This document shows, one piece after another, positions 20,821 to 29,645 of a DNA stretch of 64,000 bases; position 1 is the stretch's first letter, and each line of letters begins with the position of its first letter. The notes beneath the pieces were generated by a model, which saw nothing but the letters and a program-made list of their open reading frames with translations, was not told the origin of the DNA and did no database searches. This stretch comes from Gammaproteobacteria bacterium (GTDB taxonomy: Bacteria; Pseudomonadota; Gammaproteobacteria; JABABF01). The stretch lies in contig OZ250153.1 of the NCBI GenBank assembly GCA_965237805.1, positions 1,344,001-1,408,000 on the forward strand, written 5' to 3'. The position numbers were made by a program, and so were the translations under genes.

Positions 20821-20875
20821 CTGGCATCGCTTTAAGCTTTGCCCCGATTAAAGCAGATTTGCCAGTAAATTTCAA
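20821..20875 (-). promoter_or_regulatory. Sigma70-type promoter of the DUF2857-pil operon, overlapped by an inverted repeat
   Basis: TTGAAA (20870-75)-N17-TTTAAT (20847-52). Inverted repeat ctggcatcgctttaa / ttaaagc..tgccag spans 20821-20865. Confidence 0.6.
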
Positions 20876-20951
20876 GAGCTCGCAAAGACCGGCCGAGGGT
20901 GAGCAATCCGCACACTGGAACCACTGGTTTAGCGCAGTTGGCAATGCCGGA

Positions 20952-22412
20952 CTATTGGTGATTCCGCACATGCTCTCCGTTGGAAATGTTGCTGATGACG
21001 GTGGCCTGCCGGTGGCGCTTCGACGGAGGCCAAGTGGTGCGTGCAATTCGGCTGCCGCGCAAGCTGCTCATATATAAGGTGTCGTTACGCGTCACCACGA
21101 TATGTGTCACTGCGCCCATCGGTGGGCCGCGATGCCGCATCATGGTCTCCAGTGGCTCCAAAGTTTCTGGGTCGAGCACTTCCAAGCTGAATTTGGTGGC
21201 GCAGGGATCGGCATTGCTGAGCCCATAGCACAGCTGTTGCTCTAAAACAGAGGCATCCCAGTTGATGACTATCAGGTCGCCCCGAGGTGACCAATTGAGC
21301 CCCCATGGGCGATCCAACTCCTGCTCGGCAAGTAATTTGCCACTGGGCAAGCTGTGCCGACGCACCACAGCGGCACCGATGCCGATCTGGGTGGTATAGA
21401 CGGAGCGGCTATCCCAAGACACCAACACTCCGATCGGCAGTGCGTAACTGACAGCACTCGACAAAACGCGTAGCCGCTGACCTCGTTGCCAGACGACAAC
21501 GCGCCCGATCTCAATATTCCGCGTACGGATGAGGTGAGCCAATTTGTTCGGTGCGATATCGACCGGATGGCTTTGGGTCGCCACAAAGCCACTCCCATTG
21601 GGCAGCGCGATGGCCTGGCTGATCACCATATTGGGCATTGAGACACAGCCGCGCCATGTCAGCTGCGGGAAGCTGGCCTTATCCCATGACAATTCCATGA
21701 AATTCACTGATCCGCCTGTGTGGCGGTTATTCGCAGTCGCCAGCACCTGCCACCCTCCGGCGGGTAGTCGAGAGATATTTGTGTGATGCACGTGCAAGTC
21801 GTGGGTGGTGGGCGCTGAGCAGCCGGGATCGCCCCAGCCTTTTTGGGGTGCGAATATCGGATTAATTTGCCGCACTTCGTCGGTTTCCATATCTAGAGTC
21901 AACAGTCTGGCGACCCTCTCCTGACCCGGCTCGTCCGGGGTGATGTCGCTGATCAATAGGTAGCGGTTCCCGGGGATGGCAGAGAGATGACGCGGATTCG
22001 CCAAGCCGCCTCCGCATATCGGTTCAATGCCATCGACGGGATCGCAGTGTTCAAGCGGGCGCAGGCCCCAGTAGGTTGACCAGTCGTGGGTGCCACCCCA
22101 TACCCATGTCAATGCCGAAGGAGTCTCTTCGCCGACACCGCCAGCCAACGTTTCATAGGTGTTGTGCTGTATGCTCAACATGCGCTCACTGACGCTGTTT
22201 GGCACCCATGGCACTATGTCACTCATATTGCGCCAAGGCACCAGATAGATCGTGACAGCCAACGCGCCAGCCAACAGCGCTATGGGGGCTGCGATCTGCC
22301 CCGCCACTTCGCCCGTGCGTAGTGCCATCCGGCGGCATATGGCTTTGATTCTAGGATCCAAAACGGTAACCATCTGCCACGTGGGGGGCGTGTCCGCCCA
22401 TGTGCGGCGCAA
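20952..22412 (-). CDS. Membrane-anchored beta-propeller, SMP-30/gluconolactonase/paraoxonase-like
   Basis: CG..LANPRHLSAIPGNRYLLIS, GWGDPGC..P, LTWRGCV.MP, PIGV..S.D..VY. N-terminal TM helix. Start uncertain. Confidence 0.6.
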   Translation of the reverse strand: MRRTWADTPPTWQMVTVLDPRIKAICRRMALRTGEVAGQIAAPIALLAGALAVTIYLVPWRNMSDIVPWVPNSVSERMLSIQHNTYETLAGGVGEETPSALTWVWGGTHDWSTYWGLRPLEHCDPVDGIEPICGGGLANPRHLSAIPGNRYLLISDITPDEPGQERVARLLTLDMETDEVRQINPIFAPQKGWGDPGCSAPTTHDLHVHHTNISRLPAGGWQVLATANNRHTGGSVNFMELSWDKASFPQLTWRGCVSMPNMVISQAIALPNGSGFVATQSHPVDIAPNKLAHLIRTRNIEIGRVVVWQRGQRLRVLSSAVSYALPIGVLVSWDSRSVYTTQIGIGAAVVRRHSLPSGKLLAEQELDRPWGLNWSPRGDLIVINWDASVLEQQLCYGLSNADPCATKFSLEVLDPETLEPLETMMRHRGPPMGAVTHIVVTRNDTLYMSSLRGSRIARTTWPPSKRHRQATVISNISNGEHVRNHQ

Positions 22413-22601
22413 ATATTGTCACGGCTTTATTCATTATTGATATGGGTTTATTGGCAGAACTTCAGGACTGCTGATAGTTATAATGCCATACTTTTCGCAA
22501 CTGCGTATTACTGCTGGGAGACATATAATGAAACGCTGTTGCTACTGCAAGCCCTCGCTTTGCGCATGGGACGGTGAGTAGTCAAGGGCCTGAGGACCGC
22601 C

Positions 22602-23603
22602 ATGGCTGATGACGGGACAGTTTTGGGAGATCGCTTCGGTCGCCGTATTTCCTATCTGCGCGTGTCGGTCACCGACCGTTGCGATTTACGTTGTGTTTAT
22701 TGCATGACGGAGAAGATGCGCTTCCTGCCGCGGGCACAGTTGCTGAGTCTGGAGGAACTGCGGGATGTTGCGGCCGCTTTCGTGTCTTTGGGAGTGGTCA
22801 AATTACGTATCACCGGTGGCGAGCCTTTGGTGCGTCATGGGGTGTTGGGCTTGCTGCATCAGCTGGGAGAGTTGCCGGGGCTTGGTGAGTTGGTGTTGAC
22901 CACCAATGGCACGCGTTTGGCACAGTGTGCGGTGGAACTGCGCGCTGCTGGTGTGCGCCGTGTCAACATCAGTCTCGACAGTTTGCGTGCCGACCGCTTC
23001 CGAAAATTGACCCGCTACGGGGAGCTTGGATCTGTGCTGGGTGGCGTTGATGCTGCGCTGGCTGCTGGTTTCGAGCGGGTCAAATTGAACAGCGTCATCC
23101 TGCGTGGGCGTAATGACGACGAAGTGTTGGATCTGGTTGATTTTGCTCGTGTCCGGGGCTGCGACATCAGTTTTATCGAAGAGATGCCGCTGGGGGAGAT
23201 CAGCGATCACGACCGCGCCCTTTCCTTCTGCCCCAGCGCCGAGCTCCGGGCAAAGATCGAGCGCCGTTACCCGCTGAGCGTTTCGACTGAATCCAGCGGT
23301 GGCCCCGCCCGTTACTATCGCATGGGCGATAGTGCGACCCGCATCGGCTTCATTTCTCCGCACAGTGAAAATTTCTGCGCCAGCTGCAACCGGGTGCGGC
23401 TGATGCCAGACGGTCGACTATTGCTTTGTCTGGGGCACGAGCATTCGGTGGATTTGCGTGTGGTGGTGCGCCGTTATCCCGGTGACAGCGACCGGTTGTG
23501 TGAAGCGATTTGCGCGGCCATGGCGCTGAAGCCAGAGCGCCATGATTTCCGCCTCGACGAAGCACCGACACTATTGCGCTTCATGAATGCTAGCGGCGGC
23601 TAG
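22602..23603 (+). CDS. moaA: GTP 3',8-cyclase MoaA
   Basis: YLRVSVTDRCDLRCVYCM, RITGGEP, FCASCNRVRL, C-terminal GG. Confidence 0.97.
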   Translation: MADDGTVLGDRFGRRISYLRVSVTDRCDLRCVYCMTEKMRFLPRAQLLSLEELRDVAAAFVSLGVVKLRITGGEPLVRHGVLGLLHQLGELPGLGELVLTTNGTRLAQCAVELRAAGVRRVNISLDSLRADRFRKLTRYGELGSVLGGVDAALAAGFERVKLNSVILRGRNDDEVLDLVDFARVRGCDISFIEEMPLGEISDHDRALSFCPSAELRAKIERRYPLSVSTESSGGPARYYRMGDSATRIGFISPHSENFCASCNRVRLMPDGRLLLCLGHEHSVDLRVVVRRYPGDSDRLCEAICAAMALKPERHDFRLDEAPTLLRFMNASGG

Positions 23604-23613
23604 CGCCCGCACA

Positions 23614-24084
23614 TCATCTGCCCCTGCGCGGCAACTGACGGCGTTCACGTTGCCATTCGCGCTCTTTGATCGCCACGCGCTTGTCGTGCTCGGCTTTGCC
23701 GCGCACCAGCGCCAGTTCGCATTTCACCAAGTGTCGCTTCCAGTAGAGGCGCAGGCAGATGCAGCTGTGGCCGCGCTGCCGCAGCGTACGCTGTAGCACT
23801 TCGATCTCGCGTCGCGACAGCAACAGTTTGCGACGGCGGTCGGTCTCTTCAGGAGAGGCGCTCGCACCGCTAAGTGGCTCAATGCGAGTGCCGATCAGCC
23901 AGACTTCTCCCCGGTGTACCACGGCATAGCCATCGGTGATCTGTGCCCGTCCGGCACGCAAGCTCTTGACTTCCCAGCCACGCAGAGCCAAGCCAGCTTC
24001 AAAGCGTGTGTCTAGGTGGTAATCGTGTCGTGCGCGACGGTTGACGGCGATGGCGGCGCGGGATGCCGCGCGGCGAGACTTCAC
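23614..24084 (-). CDS. smpB: SsrA-binding protein
   Basis: IAVNRRARHDY..EAGLAL.GWEVKSLRAG..RRRKLLL..DKR..IKEREWQRE. Confidence 0.95.
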   Translation of the reverse strand: MKSRRAASRAAIAVNRRARHDYHLDTRFEAGLALRGWEVKSLRAGRAQITDGYAVVHRGEVWLIGTRIEPLSGASASPEETDRRRKLLLSRREIEVLQRTLRQRGHSCICLRLYWKRHLVKCELALVRGKAEHDKRVAIKEREWQRERRQLPRRGR

Positions 24085-24120
24085 TGTGCTGTGGCGGGAC
24101 TCCGGCAGATTGGCGGCCAC

Positions 24121-24193
24121 GGAGCGGGTGGGGGGAATCGAACCCCCACCGTCAGCGTGGGAGGCTGACATTCTGCCATTGAACTACACCCGC
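24121..24193 (-). tRNA. tRNA-Gly(CCC)
   Basis: GCGGGTGTAGTTCAATGGCAGAATGTCAGCCTCCCACGCTGACGGTGGGGGTTCGATTCCCCCCACCCGCTCC(G). The 3' end reads CCG rather than CCA. Confidence 0.92.
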
Positions 24194-24265
24194 CTACCGC
24201 GCATTTGCAATCCCTGATATTGTAGTCTAGATCTATTGTCATCAAGCTTTTGGGGATGTCGGACC

Positions 24266-24889
24266 ATGGCGACAGCGACCATGCCACAGTGGGTGGTGGA
24301 GCCGCCTTGGCCTGCAGCGCAGAGGGCTCATGCTGTCCTTGGCTTGTCCATGGTTCCGCCATTTCCAGATCACTCTGGGCTGGCGGTGTTCGGCATGGGT
24401 TGCTTCTGGGGTGCTGAGCGCCAATTCTGGCAATTGCCCGGTGTTGTATCGACGGCGGTTGGCTACGCTGGAGGGCATACGCCACAGCCGGATTACCACG
24501 AGATCTGCACTGGCACCAGCGGCCACGCCGAGGTGGTACTGGTGGTATACGATCCGCAACGCATCCATTACGAGGCGTTGTTGCAGGCGTTTTGGGAGGG
24601 ACACGATCCCACCCAAGGCATGCGCCAAGGCAACGACATCGGCAGCCAGTATCGCTCGATCATTTTGTGTGACGACAGCGAGCAGCAGCTGCTGGCCTCA
24701 GCCGCCTGCGAGCGCTATCAAGCACCGTTGCGGACGGCTGGCCACGGGGAGATAACTACGGAGATCGTCCCGGCGATGCCTTTCCATTACGCCGAGCTTT
24801 ACCATCAGCAGTACCTGTCCAAAAATCCTGGTGGCTATTGCGGTTTAGGGGGTGCCGGGGTGTCCTGCCCGGAGCCCGTCGCTCATTGA
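24266..24889 (+). CDS. msrA: Peptide-methionine (S)-S-oxide reductase
   Basis: [48 protein letters not shown]. Confidence 0.96.
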   Translation: MATATMPQWVVEPPWPAAQRAHAVLGLSMVPPFPDHSGLAVFGMGCFWGAERQFWQLPGVVSTAVGYAGGHTPQPDYHEICTGTSGHAEVVLVVYDPQRIHYEALLQAFWEGHDPTQGMRQGNDIGSQYRSIILCDDSEQQLLASAACERYQAPLRTAGHGEITTEIVPAMPFHYAELYHQQYLSKNPGGYCGLGGAGVSCPEPVAH

Positions 24890-25881
24890 GCCTCTCCCCG
24901 CTCGCTCAGGCTTTGCTCCAGCAGCTCGCCGATGGCCGCTGCCATTCGGGTGGTGCGCTGGGGAAAAGCCTCGGAGTCAGTCGCACCGCCGTGTGGAAGC
25001 AGGCGCAGCGCCTGCGCCGATTGGGGCTGCCGTTGGCAGGGCGCAGAGGGCAGGGCTACCACCTGTCGGGCGGAATTGAGCTGCTCGACCAGCAGCGTAT
25101 CGTCGCCCAGCTGGCACCGGTCACGAGGCAGCGTTTGTCGCGCTTGGAGCTGTTATCGGTGGTGGATTCCACCAATCTGCGTGCCCAGCAACGCGCCGAC
25201 CAAGGGCTCGGCAGCGGCTATGTCTGCCTGGCCGAATGCCAAACAGCGGGTCGCGGTCGTCTTGGCCGGTCTTGGTTTAGTCCCTACGGTGCCAGCCTCT
25301 ATGTCTCCTTTCTGCAACGCTTTGACAGCGGGGTTGGCAGTGTGGGGGGCTTGAGTTTGGCGGTGGCGGTGGCGGTGGTTGAGGTTCTGGAGCGCCTCTG
25401 CGCGCCGCTTCAATTGCAGTTCAAATGGCCCAATGATGTGCTGTGGCGGGGGCGCAAACTGGCTGGTGTCCTGCTGGAGTGGAGCGGTGATCCCAGCGGC
25501 GCTGGCCAGCTCGTCACCGGCATCGGTGTCAATGTCGCTCTGCCAGTGGCGCAGGCGGATACCGCCATCGACCAAGCGTGGACGGATTTGGCGACGATAG
25601 CAGGGAGCCGTCCCTCGCGCAATGCCCTCGCCGCCGCGTTGTTGGATTCGGTGTTGGCGCTATTTGCCGACTATGGTCGATCCGGCTTTGCCGCTTGGCG
25701 TGAGCGTTGGCAGGAGAAGGATGCGTCGTTCGGGCAGGCGGTGGTATTGCGGCGTGGTCACGAGGAATTGCATGGCATTGCCGAGGGCGTCGATGAGGAA
25801 GGCGCACTGTGGTTGCGCGTCGGCAGCGAGCGCCGACGCCTCGTTGGTGGCGAGCTGTCGTTACGCATAGCCCCGCCGTGA
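24886..25881 (+). CDS. birA: Bifunctional biotin ligase/repressor
   Basis: N-terminal HTH ([15 protein letters not shown]), [29 protein letters not shown]. Confidence 0.95.
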   Translation: MSLSPLAQALLQQLADGRCHSGGALGKSLGVSRTAVWKQAQRLRRLGLPLAGRRGQGYHLSGGIELLDQQRIVAQLAPVTRQRLSRLELLSVVDSTNLRAQQRADQGLGSGYVCLAECQTAGRGRLGRSWFSPYGASLYVSFLQRFDSGVGSVGGLSLAVAVAVVEVLERLCAPLQLQFKWPNDVLWRGRKLAGVLLEWSGDPSGAGQLVTGIGVNVALPVAQADTAIDQAWTDLATIAGSRPSRNALAAALLDSVLALFADYGRSGFAAWRERWQEKDASFGQAVVLRRGHEELHGIAEGVDEEGALWLRVGSERRRLVGGELSLRIAPP

Positions 25882-26627
25882 TCTTGGAGCTGGATCAAGG
25901 CAACAGCCGCCTCAAGTGGCGGCTGTTGCCGAGCGCTGGAACGGTGTCTGCGCACAGCGGTGCCGTACTCGGGCACGGTGCTGCGGCACTACATTCCTTG
26001 GTCGCTCAGCTGCCGCCAGCTGTGGCTGCCGAGCTGCGCCGTGTGCGGCTCAGCTGCGTCGGTGGTGCGGAGCGCGAGCGGCAGCTGTTGGGAGCCTGCC
26101 GTGAGCATTGGCGCGTGGAGCCGGAGGTGGCGCGCGTGCGGTCGGAATGGGATGGTCTGCGCTGTGCCTACCAACGGATCAGCACTTTTGGCAGTGACCG
26201 TTGGTTGGCGCTGTTGGCGGCGCGGCGCGTCCAACTCGGCGGTCTGTGTGTGGTGGATGCCGGCAGTGCGCTAACCGTCGATTTGGTCTGCGCAGATGGC
26301 CGCCACTTGGGCGGTTATATCCTCGCTGGGCAGCGGGCCTTGCGTGCGGCCTTGGCGGGCAGCACAGCTGGCTTGCCATCTCATCTGCCGTCGGTACCAG
26401 CTGTCGTAGCGGGCACGAACACGGAGGACGGCATCGCCGCCGGGGTGTTGGGCGCGATGGTAGGCTTGGTAAGCCACGCCATGCGGGCGGCGGCACCAGC
26501 ACTTGGCGCACCGCCCGCACTGTTGCTCACCGGTGGCGACGGTGACTGGCTACGGCCACATTTACCGTCCAGTGCCCGCTATCTGCCGCAGCTCGTGCTC
26601 GATGGCCTCGCTGTGGCGCTACCCTGA
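25878..26627 (+). CDS. coaX: Type III pantothenate kinase
   Basis: [46 protein letters not shown]. Confidence 0.93.
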   Translation: MILELDQGNSRLKWRLLPSAGTVSAHSGAVLGHGAAALHSLVAQLPPAVAAELRRVRLSCVGGAERERQLLGACREHWRVEPEVARVRSEWDGLRCAYQRISTFGSDRWLALLAARRVQLGGLCVVDAGSALTVDLVCADGRHLGGYILAGQRALRAALAGSTAGLPSHLPSVPAVVAGTNTEDGIAAGVLGAMVGLVSHAMRAAAPALGAPPALLLTGGDGDWLRPHLPSSARYLPQLVLDGLAVALP

Positions 26628-26870
26628 GCTCGGGCTACCGCAGCGCCGCCAGCTGACCCCGCCCATGCCGACGACATGCCGGAAGTCAGAATCGAACTGA
26701 CAACCTGTGCATTACAAATGCACTGCCTGTCGCAGCTCGTGCTCGATGGCCTCGCTGTGGCGCTACCCTGAGCTCGGGCTACCGCAGCGCCGCCAGCTGA
26801 CCCCGCCCATGCCGACGACATGCCGGAAGTCAGAATCGAACTGACAACCTGTGCATTACAAATGCACTGC
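26583..26870. repeat. 144-bp tandem duplication (coaX 3' end, spacer and the 3' 50 nt of tRNA-Thr)
   Basis: 26583-26726 and 26727-26870 are identical except at one base (26586 c, 26730 t). Confidence 0.95.
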
Positions 26871-26893
26871 TCTGCCAATTGAGCTATTCCGGC
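26821..26893 (-). tRNA. tRNA-Thr(TGT)
   Basis: GCCGGAATAGCTCAATTGGCAGAGCAGTGCATTTGTAATGCACAGGTTGTCAGTTCGATTCTGACTTCCGGCA. No CCA encoded. Confidence 0.93.
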
Positions 26894-26972
26894 GCAGTGG
26901 TGAGCATTGGCGGGGTGAGCGTTCAAATTGTAGCAAGTCTGCCGTTGCGCTTTCCCTTAGACTAGCCATCTG

Positions 26973-27989
26973 ATGAAAGCATTGGCACAGCCAGAGTACG
27001 GCGAGAATCGATCGCAGCAGGACTGCGGTACACCGGCTTGGCTGGCGACCGATCTGGCCGCGACCGAGCGCTTGTTGATGGAGCAGCTGCAGTCGGCGGC
27101 ACCCTTGGTATCAGAGGCGGGTGGGCAGCTGATCAAAGCGGGGGGTAAACGGCTTCGCCCGCGGCTGTCACTGCTCAGCGCCCATGCCTGTGGCTATGCT
27201 GGCACCTGTCATATCCAATTGGCGACAGTGACTGAATTGCTACACAGCGCCACCTTGTTGCACGACGATGTGGTGGATGCTGCCCACTGTCGCCGCGGCC
27301 TGCCCAGCGTCAATGCAACATGGGGCGACCCAGCGGGGGTGCTGGTTGGTGATTTCCTCTATTCCCGCGCCCTGCAGTTGCTGGTGTGCGTCGACTCGCC
27401 GCCAGCGCTGCGTGTGCTGTCAGACGCCATGCATTTGCTGGCCGAGGGCGAAGTGATTCAGCTATCCGGTTGTCATGATGCCTCGCAGTTCTCCGAACAG
27501 CGCTATTTGCAGGTGATTGAGAGAAAAACGGCGGCGCTGTTTGCCGCCACCGCCCACGCGGGCGCCCTGTTGGCCGAGGTGTCGGCGGATACGGCACAGT
27601 GCTTCCATCGCTTTGGGCATCATTTGGGGTTGGCCTTCCAGATCACCGACGATGTGCTGGACTATCGCGGCGAGGAAGCCGTGGTTGGCAAGCCTTGTGG
27701 CTCTGATTTTGCCGCTGGCAAGGTGACGCTACCGCTAATTTTGGCGTTGCGTAGCGCGTCCAGCGCTGTTGGCGAGATGCTGCGCGATGCGCTGACGCGC
27801 CGCGCTACAGACGCAGTGCAGGATGTAGCCATCGCCTTGGTGCGGGAGACCGGTGGTGCCGAGGAAGCGTTGGATTGCGCTCGCCGCTACCAAGCTGATG
27901 CGCTGGCTGCTCTGGATGGGGTGCCGATTTCCCGAGCGACGCAGCCGCTACGCGAATTGGCAGAACAAGCTGTGACCCGCAATCGTTGA
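26973..27989 (+). CDS. ispB: Polyprenyl (octaprenyl) diphosphate synthase
   Basis: GGKRLRP, HSATLLHDDVVD..RRG, GDFL, KTA, AFQITDDVLDY, GKVTLP. Confidence 0.9.
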   Translation: MKALAQPEYGENRSQQDCGTPAWLATDLAATERLLMEQLQSAAPLVSEAGGQLIKAGGKRLRPRLSLLSAHACGYAGTCHIQLATVTELLHSATLLHDDVVDAAHCRRGLPSVNATWGDPAGVLVGDFLYSRALQLLVCVDSPPALRVLSDAMHLLAEGEVIQLSGCHDASQFSEQRYLQVIERKTAALFAATAHAGALLAEVSADTAQCFHRFGHHLGLAFQITDDVLDYRGEEAVVGKPCGSDFAAGKVTLPLILALRSASSAVGEMLRDALTRRATDAVQDVAIALVRETGGAEEALDCARRYQADALAALDGVPISRATQPLRELAEQAVTRNR

Positions 27990-29626
27990 CGATGACCCCT
28001 GACTCGGTGCAAGCGTGCTGGGAGACCCTGCAACGACACCGGGAAGCGCTGCGCTCGGTCGATTTCCGCAGCCTTCCGACCGCCCGGCGCGGGGCGGGGG
28101 CGCAGCTGTGGAAAGTGGCTGGCTTGGGAGTGGATCTATCCCACCAGCTGACGACGGAACAGACTTGGCCACTGCTTGAGCAGTTGGCTCGTGACACCGG
28201 TGTCGAGCGAGCGTTGTCGGCGCTGTTTGCTGGTGAGATAGTCAATCATAGCGAGCGGACCCCCGCGCTGCATTGGCTAGCGCGTGCCAGCCGAGCACCG
28301 ACAGGGCTGAGCGAGGAGTGGCGTGCATTGCAGTTGCTACGCGAGCGCGTCGAGGCCATCGCCCAGCGCTTGCATGGCGGCGAGTGGCGCGGTCACAGTG
28401 ATGAGCCGATCCGCGATGTTGTACAGCTAGGCATCGGTGGTTCGCGTCTCGCTCCAGAATTGTTGGTGCAGGCGTTGGCACCGGCGGCGGCACCTTGCCG
28501 CTGCCATTTCCTGTCCAGTCTCGACGACACGGCTTGGCACCAGCTGCGGGGAGAGCTGGATCCGGCGCGAACCCTATTCGTGCTTGTCTCGCGTTCCTTT
28601 GAGACCGAGGAAACCCTGTGTAATATCGATCGGGCGCGCGCTTGGCTGCGCGCTTCCGGTTGCCCGCAGCAGCGACTCCGGTGCCATTTCGTGGCAATCA
28701 CTGCGAGCTCGGAACAGTTGTCTGCAGCGGACTATGTCGAGGAACTGCTGGTGATGCCACCGTCGCTGGGTGGGCGCTATTCGCTATGGTCGGCACCGTC
28801 TCTGGTGCTGGCACTCAGCGCGGGGCCGGAGTCGCTGCGCAGCCTGTTGGCTGGGGCTGAGGCGATGGACGAGCATGTGCGCTCGGCAGCTCCGATGGCA
28901 TCGTTGCCAGTGTTGCTCGGCTTACTGGACACTTGGTATGCCAGCTGCTGGCATATGCCCGCTCTGGTGGTTGTGCCATATGCCCACGCCTTGCGCGGTT
29001 TGCCCGCACATCTGCAACAATTAATGTTGGAGAGCAATGGCAAATCGGTGGCGGCCGATGGTGCGCCGATAGTGCGGCACACCATGCCCAGTGTATGGGG
29101 CGATATCGGCACTGAAAGTCAGCATTCCTTCCACCAGTTTCTGCATCAGGGCACGGCAGCTGTGATGGTGGATCTATTGCTGGTCGGAAGTGGCGGTCCC
29201 TCCGTCGAGTCCAACCGCTGTCTGTGGTCCAACGCCTTGGCGCAACTGGCAATGCTGCGTGGCGGGCAGGATCTCCATGCCGCTGAGGCGCTACTGCTGG
29301 AGGGTGGCATCAGCGCTGCTGACAGCCACCGTTTGGCACCCCACCTCGTCTCGGCTGGTGCGCGGCCAGTGACCCCCATCGTGTTGGAACGCATGGATGC
29401 CTTTTGCCTCGGGGCGTTGCTGGCGCTTTACGAATACCGAGTCTATGTTGCTGCTGCGGTATGGCAGATCAATCCCTTCGACCAATGGGGTGTGGAGCGG
29501 GGTAAATGGCTGGGTAACAGCTTGCGGGCGACGCTGGCTGGTGAGGCACCGCTCGGTGAAGAAGCGTTGCGACCACTGGCAGATTATTTTGCCGAATTGA
29601 CTGATGGCGAGCGGGGCGCACCTTAG
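27986..29626 (+). CDS. pgi: Glucose-6-phosphate isomerase
   Basis: GIGGS, GGRYSLWS, QQL.LESNGK, QHSF.Q.LHQG, INPFDQWGVE.GK. Confidence 0.93.
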   Translation: MTMTPDSVQACWETLQRHREALRSVDFRSLPTARRGAGAQLWKVAGLGVDLSHQLTTEQTWPLLEQLARDTGVERALSALFAGEIVNHSERTPALHWLARASRAPTGLSEEWRALQLLRERVEAIAQRLHGGEWRGHSDEPIRDVVQLGIGGSRLAPELLVQALAPAAAPCRCHFLSSLDDTAWHQLRGELDPARTLFVLVSRSFETEETLCNIDRARAWLRASGCPQQRLRCHFVAITASSEQLSAADYVEELLVMPPSLGGRYSLWSAPSLVLALSAGPESLRSLLAGAEAMDEHVRSAAPMASLPVLLGLLDTWYASCWHMPALVVVPYAHALRGLPAHLQQLMLESNGKSVAADGAPIVRHTMPSVWGDIGTESQHSFHQFLHQGTAAVMVDLLLVGSGGPSVESNRCLWSNALAQLAMLRGGQDLHAAEALLLEGGISAADSHRLAPHLVSAGARPVTPIVLERMDAFCLGALLALYEYRVYVAAAVWQINPFDQWGVERGKWLGNSLRATLAGEAPLGEEALRPLADYFAELTDGERGAP

Positions 29627-29645
29627 CTTGGTGAGCACACCGGGC

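Noticed and set aside
22413-22601. Moco riboswitch or ModE box upstream of moaA
   Set aside because: AT-rich promoter-like DNA, but I could not identify the conserved Moco RNA elements or a convincing ModE palindrome.
24121-24193. tRNA-Gly as the att site of the ICE that delivered the pil operon
   Set aside because: No duplicate of its 3' end and no integrase seen; core genes smpB and moaA lie between it and the pil genes.
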